Virus record (IMG/VR): IMGVR_UViG_3300032303_001222
Coordinates: 1,309-65,308 of that record
Origin: a virus
Lineage: Duplodnaviria; Caudoviricetes
Length of the DNA stretch: 64,000 nucleotides
Reading direction: 5' to 3' (one strand)
A program made the translations under genes and the position numbers. The notes under the pieces are model-generated. The model saw only the letters and a list, made by a program, of their open reading frames with translations, made no database searches and was not told the DNA's origin. Positions 56,841 to 64,000 of this stretch are shown here, piece after piece (positions within the stretch are counted from its first letter, which is position 1; each line of letters opens with the position of its first letter).

Positions 56841-57197
56841 TTAGGAAACCTTGAAGACTTTAACTTTAAATGTTTGTGAACTTGGGTCGACTGTCGTCAA
56901 GTAGTTGCAACGGATAGTTACCGTATTTGCAGAAGCCACATATCCGTCAAAAACACACCCCGTAGTTGGGGTAGATGGAAGCCCTATTAATACTGGATCA
57001 CCAACGCTAGCACCAGCCACACTTAAGGTTGTTACCTGAGCTGTCCCAGCAGTACTTGATGGGAAGTCAAAAGTTTTTGTCCCTTCTAGGATTACGTTCT
57101 GAGTTGGTACCGATAAGTATTGAGCAAAAAGATCAATAAGCTGTTGGGGAGTTCCGTAGCAGGTCTGAGGAGGAAGCGAACCGGAGATTAAGGCCAT
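56841..57197 (-). CDS. Small tail-associated protein
   Basis: TVAGASVGDPV..G.P......GYV..ANTVTIR beta-rich motif. Confidence 0.55.
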   Translation of the reverse strand: MALISGSLPPQTCYGTPQQLIDLFAQYLSVPTQNVILEGTKTFDFPSSTAGTAQVTTLSVAGASVGDPVLIGLPSTPTTGCVFDGYVASANTVTIRCNYLTTVDPSSQTFKVKVFKVS

Positions 57198-57198
57198 A

Positions 57199-57948
57199 TC
57201 AGTATTTTATAACCCAATTTAAAAACACAAGAGGGGGAAGGTTATTATGCGGGGTAGCCGAAGAATCCGAAGAAGCGAGGGTTGTAAACTGGTAAGACAT
57301 GCCAATTGCCCCTCCGCAATCAGTACCTGGGTTGCTTGTGTTGCAGGCAGAACTCCTAGCGTCTACAGACTGATTTCCAGAAGTAATTGTCGTAGAGGCA
57401 GAATAAGAATGGTTGTGCGACCTTAACGAGGCTTCTGATGGTGTAAGGGTATGTGCTTCTTCCCCACCTGTTGACCCAAGAATAGCTCCATCAAAGTTAC
57501 CCGAAATTGAATTTGTAAGCCGACCAGAGCTTGAAACACCCCCCATCGTCTCCCTCCCAAAGATAGAACGACCGCGAAGGTCTGGGAGGGTAAAGGTTGT
57601 TCTATTGTCCCCTGCCCCGTAAGTGATCCCAATAGCATCAAAAAGAGATGCGTAAACTGCTCGGCTTACCGCCTGCCCATTACATAGAAGCCATCCGTCT
57701 GGGATATTTGAATCTGGGAATGGGTAGATGGATCCTGGAAAAGAAAAAGAAATTGCTGACGTTGTAGTTGCTGGAGATGGGGTTAGCAAAACGTTTCCAC
57801 CCGGAAATACGTTACCCACGGTCCCAGCACCTGAAAACGCGTTAAGGCTGGAGAGTTGAACTTTTCTGGAGCTCCCAGAAGCATTAACGATAGGTACAAT
57901 TGTAGTGCCAGAAGGGCTCGTGACCTCAGGAAGAAAAGATATTTTCAT
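57199..57948 (-). CDS. Tail collar domain protein 3
   Basis: PGSIYPF...IPDGWLLCNGQAVSR..Y..LF..IG.TYG...FTLPDLRGR...HNNLPP. Confidence 0.85.
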   Translation of the reverse strand: MKISFLPEVTSPSGTTIVPIVNASGSSRKVQLSSLNAFSGAGTVGNVFPGGNVLLTPSPATTTSAISFSFPGSIYPFPDSNIPDGWLLCNGQAVSRAVYASLFDAIGITYGAGDNRTTFTLPDLRGRSIFGRETMGGVSSSGRLTNSISGNFDGAILGSTGGEEAHTLTPSEASLRSHNHSYSASTTITSGNQSVDARSSACNTSNPGTDCGGAIGMSYQFTTLASSDSSATPHNNLPPLVFLNWVIKY

Positions 57949-58682
57949 ATTTTAATGATCCAATTCAGATTTAGGTACGGAGGAAGGTTTTCGTGTGCCG
58001 AACCTGTAAGGGGTGCCGCAGAATTGATGGTTACGGTAAGGCCGTAACACCTAAAGCCACCAGAAGGTACGGAAGATACAGAAGTTTCTTGTGCGGCTGT
58101 GGAATTATTCCCTTGGTATGTCACGCCATAGTTACGATAAAAAGTGCTGTAATGAGTACCGTGATTGTGGCTAACCAATGGGGTTTGAGCATCAGTTAAG
58201 GCATGAGTCTCGAAACCAAAAGAATTTCCAAGAGTAGTTGAACCCGAAGCAGTAATCCTCCCAGAAGAAGTTGAGCCCATATCGTCTAGCCCAAAAGCTG
58301 CTTTCCCAGACATATTAGGAATGTTGAAATTTGCGCCAGTTCCACCGTAACGATACCCAATTTTGTTGAACAAATCTTGGTAAGTTGAGACAACCAAAGA
58401 TCTGCCGTTGCAGAGCAACCATCCAGTTGGGTCAGATGTGCCAGCATAAAGGCTCATCAAGCCTGGTGAATAAAAAGAGACGCTACCCGTCGTAGTGATT
58501 GGGTTTGGTGAGCAACGAATCCCATTTCCTGAAGACAATTCCCTTAACGTTCCGTCATCTAAATAGTTTTTAATTTGCAATACGGAGATTTGTTTCGTCA
58601 CCCCGTTTTGAACGCAAGGTAAAACCGAATCAATTGTGGGGGAATTCGTGTTGGTGAGAGATGATATTTTAAAGGTTGCCAT
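57945..58682 (-). CDS. Tail collar domain protein 2
   Basis: PGLMSLYAG..DPTGWLLCNG...LF.KIG..YGG...FNIPNMSG...HENLPPY. Confidence 0.85.
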   Translation of the reverse strand: MATFKISSLTNTNSPTIDSVLPCVQNGVTKQISVLQIKNYLDDGTLRELSSGNGIRCSPNPITTTGSVSFYSPGLMSLYAGTSDPTGWLLCNGRSLVVSTYQDLFNKIGYRYGGTGANFNIPNMSGKAAFGLDDMGSTSSGRITASGSTTLGNSFGFETHALTDAQTPLVSHNHGTHYSTFYRNYGVTYQGNNSTAAQETSVSSVPSGGFRCYGLTVTINSAAPLTGSAHENLPPYLNLNWIIKI

Positions 58683-58685
58683 AAA

Positions 58686-59405
58686 TTAGGTTTTGATTAG
58701 ATAGTTTAACACGATTCCGGGAGGCATATTGTTGTGTGCGGATGCTGCGTTTGCTCCAGCAAACGTTGGGATATTTCCAGAATCAGAAAGAGCTTGAGAG
58801 CAATTACTGGCAGTCCAATTCGCACAACCGATTGATAGCTGTCTTCGTTTGCCGTCGGTACAGCATTGCCCAGAATTCGGCCCGTCAACGCAGAAATCTC
58901 CAGTATAGCCGTGAACGTGCCCCTTCATACCAGCCTGGGAACTAGTCAAAAGTACATTTTCCAAGCCACCAGATGTCCCAATTGCCCCTCCCCCATAAGC
59001 GTTGGCGGCCATTCGGCCACGGAGATCTGGCAATGCAAATGTGGTAGACCCATCACCAGCTCCGTAAGTTGTTGAGATAACCGAGAATAAAGCAGAGTAA
59101 GTCGTTCGTGAAATGGTCTGGCCATTGCAAAAAAGCCAACCAGTTGGGACTTTTGAATCCAACCCAGCAAAAGGTACAATCATGCCAGGAAGTGAAAAAG
59201 AAACAGTAATGTTCTGAGTTGGAGAGCCTGCGCTGGCGACAGCCATATTAGTCCCAGCAGTTATTGAGGTAACTGTCCCACCAGTCACAAGAGATAGAAC
59301 ATTAGAAAGAAAAGTCTTTCTTGTGACCCCATTGACTACGACTGATAAATAAGAACTCGTCGAAGGGTTCGTGTCTTCTTGTAAATCGCTAATACGGGTT
59401 GGCAT
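58686..59405 (-). CDS. Tail collar domain protein 1
   Basis: PGMIVPFAG...PTGWLFCNGQ.ISRTTYSALF...FALPDLRGR...HNNMPP. Confidence 0.85.
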   Translation of the reverse strand: MPTRISDLQEDTNPSTSSYLSVVVNGVTRKTFLSNVLSLVTGGTVTSITAGTNMAVASAGSPTQNITVSFSLPGMIVPFAGLDSKVPTGWLFCNGQTISRTTYSALFSVISTTYGAGDGSTTFALPDLRGRMAANAYGGGAIGTSGGLENVLLTSSQAGMKGHVHGYTGDFCVDGPNSGQCCTDGKRRQLSIGCANWTASNCSQALSDSGNIPTFAGANAASAHNNMPPGIVLNYLIKT

Positions 59406-59594
59406 TTAATTCAACTCCAGGTATTCACCATCAATAGTTTGAAAGCCTGACTCGGCTGGATTTTCGATTACAAACTCTGAAGAGTTTTCATCTGCAAGAT
59501 AATCACGCACCTCAATGACGCCCGCAACGAGATTTGAAAAGATCCCTTGCCCGCAACCACATTCTAATACTTTACACTCTTCGCTCATGGGCAA
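59406..59594 (-). CDS. Hypothetical protein, 62 aa
   Basis: Acidic ORF coupled to the nozzle gene. Confidence 0.45.
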   Translation of the reverse strand: MPMSEECKVLECGCGQGIFSNLVAGVIEVRDYLADENSSEFVIENPAESGFQTIDGEYLELN

Positions 59595-61975
59595 CCTCCA
59601 CCAACTTGCTCAATAACCCTAGTTGCGGAATAAACAACTTTGGTAAGTGCAAACTGGCCTTCCCACTCATACCGAAACTGAAACGTGTGACCAAGCCGAG
59701 CTAGGGTATTTGTGGAAGTAACGCACTCATTAGATGGCATAGGGAGACGTATTTGGGATCTGTATTGATTTCGAACATTTGCTGGTTGATAGACGTCGCA
59801 TACAGATGGAGCTGGTATAGCTATGGGAGCCTCTACTGCTTCAGAAAAGGAGATTGTAAACTCATCATTAAACCTAGTAACAGAAGTTACGGGCATTGTT
59901 GCGGAAACCAAAGCCGCTTGAATTGAGTTTGCTGTGGTAGTCGACCACGTCTGAAGATTTGTATTTAGCTCTGCAAAAGAAGTCCTTGTGTTGCCAAGCC
60001 GTATATAGAATTGCGTTGCGGGTGCCGTAAAGCTGATCTTCCAGCTTGTTGCTAGTTCTTGGGTTTTTCCAGATGCTTGAACAGTTGAAATGTTTGATGC
60101 CGCAGTAGTTGTTGCAATTGATGTAATGCAAGATTGAGTTTCGGCGCAGGTGTTAAACGTATGCCAAGGAAACCAACAAGGGTTTTCGTCTGGTCTCCAA
60201 TAAGTATTGACCATTGTGTCCCCTGATAATCCGCCTATCCAAAGATCTCCACGCTCAAGTTTCTTAAGGTTAAATGGTAAGTTAAAATCAAAAGCTCGTG
60301 TTTCTACAGCGCAGTTAATCTTCCTTTGCGAAGCTCCAAGGGGGAAGTCAAACAAAGCCCAAGGGTAGTTTTCCCAAAGAAGGTTGCTGTTCGACTCCGT
60401 GTCGTAAGTAAACATAAAGCAACGGGGAAGCCTTCGGGTTACACCAGAAACCAACTGTAGGACGTCAAGCCCAGTCCAAACACCATCAAAGACAGCTGCT
60501 CGTTTCTCGCCAGAAGTACCCATTGAATTAAAATCTAGAACTCCGATTCCCTGATAACTGATTGGTCGTAGCTTGATTGGTTCTGTTTCGATGTTGTCGT
60601 AATTCTCTCTTGGGGAAAGAGTGAACATAAGTCGATTGTCAAAATATACGGCAGATACGTCACCAAGTAGGTACTCCGTATCATAATCCATAACAGCATT
60701 CATCTCGACTGAAACTGGGGTCATATTGAAACCATCCATTTGGGCTCTTGCGTGGCGGTATGTTCGGTATCCGTCGATACTCCTGAAAAAGAGATCGTTG
60801 TTGATAGTCACAACAGAACGATCTGAAACAAGCCCGATATTGTCTAGAGCGACTCGCTGGAAGCCTGATAGGTTTTTCCAGGCGTCTCTAGGGTTAGCAA
60901 CAGCAAAAGAGGAGGCTCCTTTTTCTCCGAATACGAGAAGATCACCCTGCCCAGTATTGGTATCGGAAATTGGTTGGAATACCATTCCTCGAATAGACCC
61001 CATCTGGGATGGGATTTGAAAGCTTCCACCTTCGTTCAAGTAAGTGGTTTCGGTGAACCTGAGAAGATCGGAATCTAATCCACTGTTGGCCTTGGTAACA
61101 AAGCCTCCTGAACCAGCAACCGTTAGGGAAGCCGAGATCGTGAAAGTAGTCGACGAGGTAACAGTAACTTTCCAAGTTCCATTAATGTTTGGGGTAGAAC
61201 TTAGCCCTGAAATAGTAACGACATCGCCAGTAACTAGCCCGTGTGCAGCTGAAGTAGTAATGACTGTTGGTGTAGCTGCACTAGCAGAGGAAATAATGGA
61301 TTGGCTGGTCGAGCCACCATAAACAAGATCGCCTGCCGTAAAGCTATCTTTGTCTGAATTTACTACAAACAACCGACCTTGGCCGTATGCCATAAACGTG
61401 CCGGTTGGAACGGAGGAGATATTCCCCAAGGTAGCTGCTGACCCAAGGCCACGCTGGTAAAGAACCTCTCCGTCATAAATTAAAGGCCTCTCTAATCCGT
61501 TTTGGATGACGAGATATTTCTCTGCTTGGCAAAAATAGACTCGGCGCGTTGCGTCCCACCTAAAGGTTCCGCTTGCGTCAATTGTTGTAAATTCAGAAAC
61601 AGGAAGCCTTGCCACATACCCTTCAACTGGGCGTATCCGAAAGACATACCCGCCAGCACAGGCGATTAAACAAGATTTGGTTGGGTCAGTCTTGTTGGTG
61701 TAGAAAAAAGCACCTTGGAAATAGTTTCCAGTCTTAACGTTGCTGGAATCACGACCTGTCGAAAATAGAGCAAGGCTTCCTGGGTAGTCTGGGTCATCGG
61801 TTAAGAATATCTGCTGGTTACCTGGTCTTGTGGCTGGGCGACCCCCGCGAAAGGTAACATTAATGCCCATTTGAACAGTAGAGTGGTCTGCGACATGCGG
61901 AGCCAAAGAAGAATCCATGCCCTTAACCCAATTGTATTGGCCGTCGTAAACTGTGAGATCTGCTGCATTGGCCAT
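59585..61975 (-). CDS. Tail nozzle / tail tubular B (P22 gp10/T7 gp12-like)
   Basis: 796 aa, beta-propeller-like repeats (AYGQGRLFV, GDLLVFGE, DLFFRS.DG). Contains an inserted T..AHGLVTGDVVTISG..NG beta module. Confidence 0.7.
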   Translation of the reverse strand: MANAADLTVYDGQYNWVKGMDSSLAPHVADHSTVQMGINVTFRGGRPATRPGNQQIFLTDDPDYPGSLALFSTGRDSSNVKTGNYFQGAFFYTNKTDPTKSCLIACAGGYVFRIRPVEGYVARLPVSEFTTIDASGTFRWDATRRVYFCQAEKYLVIQNGLERPLIYDGEVLYQRGLGSAATLGNISSVPTGTFMAYGQGRLFVVNSDKDSFTAGDLVYGGSTSQSIISSASAATPTVITTSAAHGLVTGDVVTISGLSSTPNINGTWKVTVTSSTTFTISASLTVAGSGGFVTKANSGLDSDLLRFTETTYLNEGGSFQIPSQMGSIRGMVFQPISDTNTGQGDLLVFGEKGASSFAVANPRDAWKNLSGFQRVALDNIGLVSDRSVVTINNDLFFRSIDGYRTYRHARAQMDGFNMTPVSVEMNAVMDYDTEYLLGDVSAVYFDNRLMFTLSPRENYDNIETEPIKLRPISYQGIGVLDFNSMGTSGEKRAAVFDGVWTGLDVLQLVSGVTRRLPRCFMFTYDTESNSNLLWENYPWALFDFPLGASQRKINCAVETRAFDFNLPFNLKKLERGDLWIGGLSGDTMVNTYWRPDENPCWFPWHTFNTCAETQSCITSIATTTAASNISTVQASGKTQELATSWKISFTAPATQFYIRLGNTRTSFAELNTNLQTWSTTTANSIQAALVSATMPVTSVTRFNDEFTISFSEAVEAPIAIPAPSVCDVYQPANVRNQYRSQIRLPMPSNECVTSTNTLARLGHTFQFRYEWEGQFALTKVVYSATRVIEQVGGGCP

Positions 61976-61981
61976 GGGAAA

Positions 61982-62008
61982 AGTCTATCCTTTTCTCGGA
62001 TTTCGCAA
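61982..62008 (-). promoter_or_regulatory. Promoter TTGCGA-N15-TAGACT, 6 nt before ATG 61975
   Basis: Read directly from the sequence; lies inside the 3' end of the upstream endonuclease gene. Confidence 0.55.
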
Positions 62009-62416
62009 GACGTCCCAGTTGTCTCTCCACGAGGAGTTAGGGGAGAAATAAATAGATTTAGTTTTTGGAAGCTTGGGGCTGGGTACGGCAAAAACGGCAT
62101 CTTGCGGGATATGGTAAAACACAAACGCGTCGCATACGTTTGCTTTATATCTCATCTTTTCTTTATTGATCTTTAAGTAGGCGCCATATCCGTACCCTGC
62201 TCCTCGGACAGCTAAGAACTTCAGCTTATTGCGGGCGTTTGAATCCGAGGCACCCATCGTGCTTTTAACCTGAACCCTGCACAACCTGCCCTTCCAATCG
62301 GTAATTAGATCGTATCCATCGTCAATTATAGGAGTACTGACAAGGAAGCCTTGTTCAAGAAGCTTTGCGGCTACCTTCTGAACACCGACGGCACCAATCC
62401 GAAGGCTCACAGCCAC
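61985..62416 (-). CDS. Free-standing PD-(D/E)XK endonuclease (PDDEXK_5-like)
   Basis: VSTP.IDDGYDLITD..G.L.RVQVKST...DAFVFY motif. Confidence 0.75.
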   Translation of the reverse strand: MAVSLRIGAVGVQKVAAKLLEQGFLVSTPIIDDGYDLITDWKGRLCRVQVKSTMGASDSNARNKLKFLAVRGAGYGYGAYLKINKEKMRYKANVCDAFVFYHIPQDAVFAVPSPKLPKTKSIYFSPNSSWRDNWDVLRNPRKG

Positions 62417-62937
62417 CCCCTGCCTAGGACATTTGCGGCCAGACGTCTTCGTCTGTAAACGCCGTCCCCGTCCCGGCTCCCGCCACCATTTGTATTGCCC
62501 TCAATCGTCACGAGCCAATCCCCCTCGTTTTTCTCAACAAAGCCAACGTGCGCCACCCGACCCATCGAATGAAACCAGATCCCAAAGACATCTGCTGGCT
62601 TGAGAGGGATTCCCTTTCTCTGGCGATCCCAGGTCGGTTTGTAGAGAAATGTCGGGCTCCAAGCCGATCGAGGGTAGGGATTGAGTAACGTTGAACCGAA
62701 TGCCTTGTCACCAACCCACACAATGAATGCGGCACACCAAGGTGCTTTTGAGCCTTCAAGATTTACGGATGCGAGGATCTCGTCCACCACGGGCCCGTCG
62801 TTGCGTCCCGACTGTTCCCGAATACCGATACTTTTGCGGGCTTGTTCAATGACGAGAACCCGCGACGCCTCAACTCCTGGGCTAGCCAAAGAGTCGGAAA
62901 GAAACGCAATAAAAAGCGCAACATATATTACTTGCAT
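62407..62937 (-). CDS. CHAP-domain endolysin with N-terminal signal/anchor
   Basis: PWCAAF (catalytic Cys), AHVGFV (His), TIEGNT. Hydrophobic N-terminus MQVIYVALFIAFLSDSLA. Confidence 0.85.
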   Translation of the reverse strand: MQVIYVALFIAFLSDSLASPGVEASRVLVIEQARKSIGIREQSGRNDGPVVDEILASVNLEGSKAPWCAAFIVWVGDKAFGSTLLNPYPRSAWSPTFLYKPTWDRQRKGIPLKPADVFGIWFHSMGRVAHVGFVEKNEGDWLVTIEGNTNGGGSRDGDGVYRRRRLAANVLGRGWL

Positions 62938-63269
62938 GAAATAATTGCTGCAATTAGGAGGATCCCAAAAACAAACGAGAAGATTGTCAGCCTTGTCTTT
63001 GGACAGGCTTCTTTCCAATCGTCTTTGAGAGCTCCCTTGTCGATATACCGATCTAGTATTTTCCAATCCATCTGGAGGACAGACCACGATAAGAAAGTAC
63101 AAAAAAGAAATCGTACAGCACCAAAAGCAAGGACGTGGAGCGAGCCCAAATCCACAACACCTGCGGTTGTATCAAAACCTTGAAGGATGGGCCCAAGAAA
63201 AAAGAAAATGATGATAGCGACACTCAGGGCAACTAAGCCTTGGAAGCTATTGCGGATCCACCTAATCAC
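62928..63269 (-). CDS. Holin-like membrane protein
   Basis: Three hydrophobic segments; immediately upstream of the endolysin; GTG start 63269. Confidence 0.6.
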   Translation of the reverse strand: MIRWIRNSFQGLVALSVAIIIFFFLGPILQGFDTTAGVVDLGSLHVLAFGAVRFLFCTFLSWSVLQMDWKILDRYIDKGALKDDWKEACPKTRLTIFSFVFGILLIAAIISCK

Positions 63270-63679
63270 CAGGGAATCCCCACAAATTTGCGGGCAACAA
63301 ACATAACCCCGCTGAAAAGAAACCCACGAAAAACCCAAAGCACTAAGGCAATGATGGCACCTCGGTAGATCCAAAGTTCCTTTAAAGCCTTCCTTTGTTT
63401 TTCCTTCCAAACAACTGCGTCTTTAACGGCTTCGTTCTTTTCCTTAATTGCCTGCTCAAGAGCCTCAGTATTGGCAAAGCAAGCCTCTTTAGCGGCCTTT
63501 AATTGCGTTCTGGCGGCCTCTATATGAGCTTTGGCCTCTGGGTTGGCTACGGCTGAAGCCGCATCAAGCCTAGCCTCAGCAGTTGAGAAATTGGGGTAAC
63601 CTTTGCTAGAAACTGTGGTGCAACCAGAGAGAATGAGACAAGCTAGGATCGTTACGGCGCCCATAGCTGATTTTGACAT
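63266..63679 (-). CDS. Lipoprotein with C-terminal TM helix (u-spanin-like)
   Basis: Lipobox LSGC, coiled-coil middle, C-terminal GAIIALVLWVFRGFLFSGVMFV; in the lysis cassette. Confidence 0.65.
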   Translation of the reverse strand: MSKSAMGAVTILACLILSGCTTVSSKGYPNFSTAEARLDAASAVANPEAKAHIEAARTQLKAAKEACFANTEALEQAIKEKNEAVKDAVVWKEKQRKALKELWIYRGAIIALVLWVFRGFLFSGVMFVARKFVGIPW

Positions 63680-63703
63680 ACTTTTGTCTAGACGCAACCG
63701 ATG

Positions 63704-63934
63704 TTATTTGACTCCAAGCTTTTCCCACAACCAAGTACCCACAACAGAAGCACAAAACCCAATTGCACCAGCCCATCCAAAAGCAACGTTCATATTCTTC
63801 TCTACGTGTCGGAGCCTGCCGTCGTGACCAGAAAGATGGTCGTCATGCCTCTTGATGAGATCGGCAATACCGTCCAATTTTCCGTTAATTGCGGCTAGCT
63901 CTACTAGTATTTCGTTTATTTCCTTGCGAGGCAT
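63704..63934 (-). CDS. XhlA-like small membrane protein / second holin
   Basis: Short coiled coil (HDGRLRHVE) followed by a C-terminal TM helix. Confidence 0.55.
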   Translation of the reverse strand: MPRKEINEILVELAAINGKLDGIADLIKRHDDHLSGHDGRLRHVEKNMNVAFGWAGAIGFCASVVGTWLWEKLGVK

Positions 63935-64000
63935 GTATTTTATCCAGTTTTGTAAGTCTCTTGTTTAGCCGATCACGAACTGCTTCGGGGTTGAGCCGAA

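Noticed and set aside
47078-59405. Diversity-generating retroelement acting on fibre genes
   Set aside because: No reverse transcriptase and no adenine-specific TR/VR pair noticed.
7790-63410. ORF-track upstream extensions (7790, 8022, 13186, 27133, 29434, 46742, 63102, 63410)
   Set aside because: They overlap upstream genes. Downstream starts with RBS, promoter or stop-start coupling fit better.

Overview
This window is 64 kb of a temperate, podovirus-like tailed phage (Caudoviricetes) genome. It is cut inside the portal gene at the left edge, and no major capsid gene is recognisable in the window. Left to right: portal (partial) and large terminase on the - strand; a tyrosine integrase, two convergent ribbon-helix-helix (RHH) regulators and an excisionase-like HTH; a + strand replication module (RuvC-like resolvase, SF2 helicase, split PD-(D/E)XK exonuclease, SSB-like protein, family A DNA polymerase, primase-helicase); three structural-type genes; a repeat-rich non-coding block; small - strand genes with an HNH nuclease and a displaced small terminase; a 12-kb + strand early/accessory operon (MoxR-type AAA+ plus VWA pair, DUF6878/DUF6915-like pair, many small acidic ORFs, GP88-like protein, C5 methyltransferase with a nested out-of-frame gene); and a - strand morphogenesis and lysis module (3480-aa polyvalent ejection protein, pilot proteins, tail fibres, duplicated adaptor, three tail-collar paralogs, nozzle, CHAP endolysin, holins, u-spanin-like lipoprotein). 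The lysis genes imply a Gram-negative host. The most interesting candidate system is transcriptional. The giant virion protein appears to carry a sigma-70-like region 2/region 4 domain next to zincin, kinase and ADP-ribosyltransferase domains. The genome also shows two unusual promoter-like classes: six -35/-10 pairs with a 15-bp spacer, mostly feeding leaderless starts, and three early-region TCTTGACA-N14-CAGG sites. All family assignments come from visual motif recognition and memory; no searches were run.
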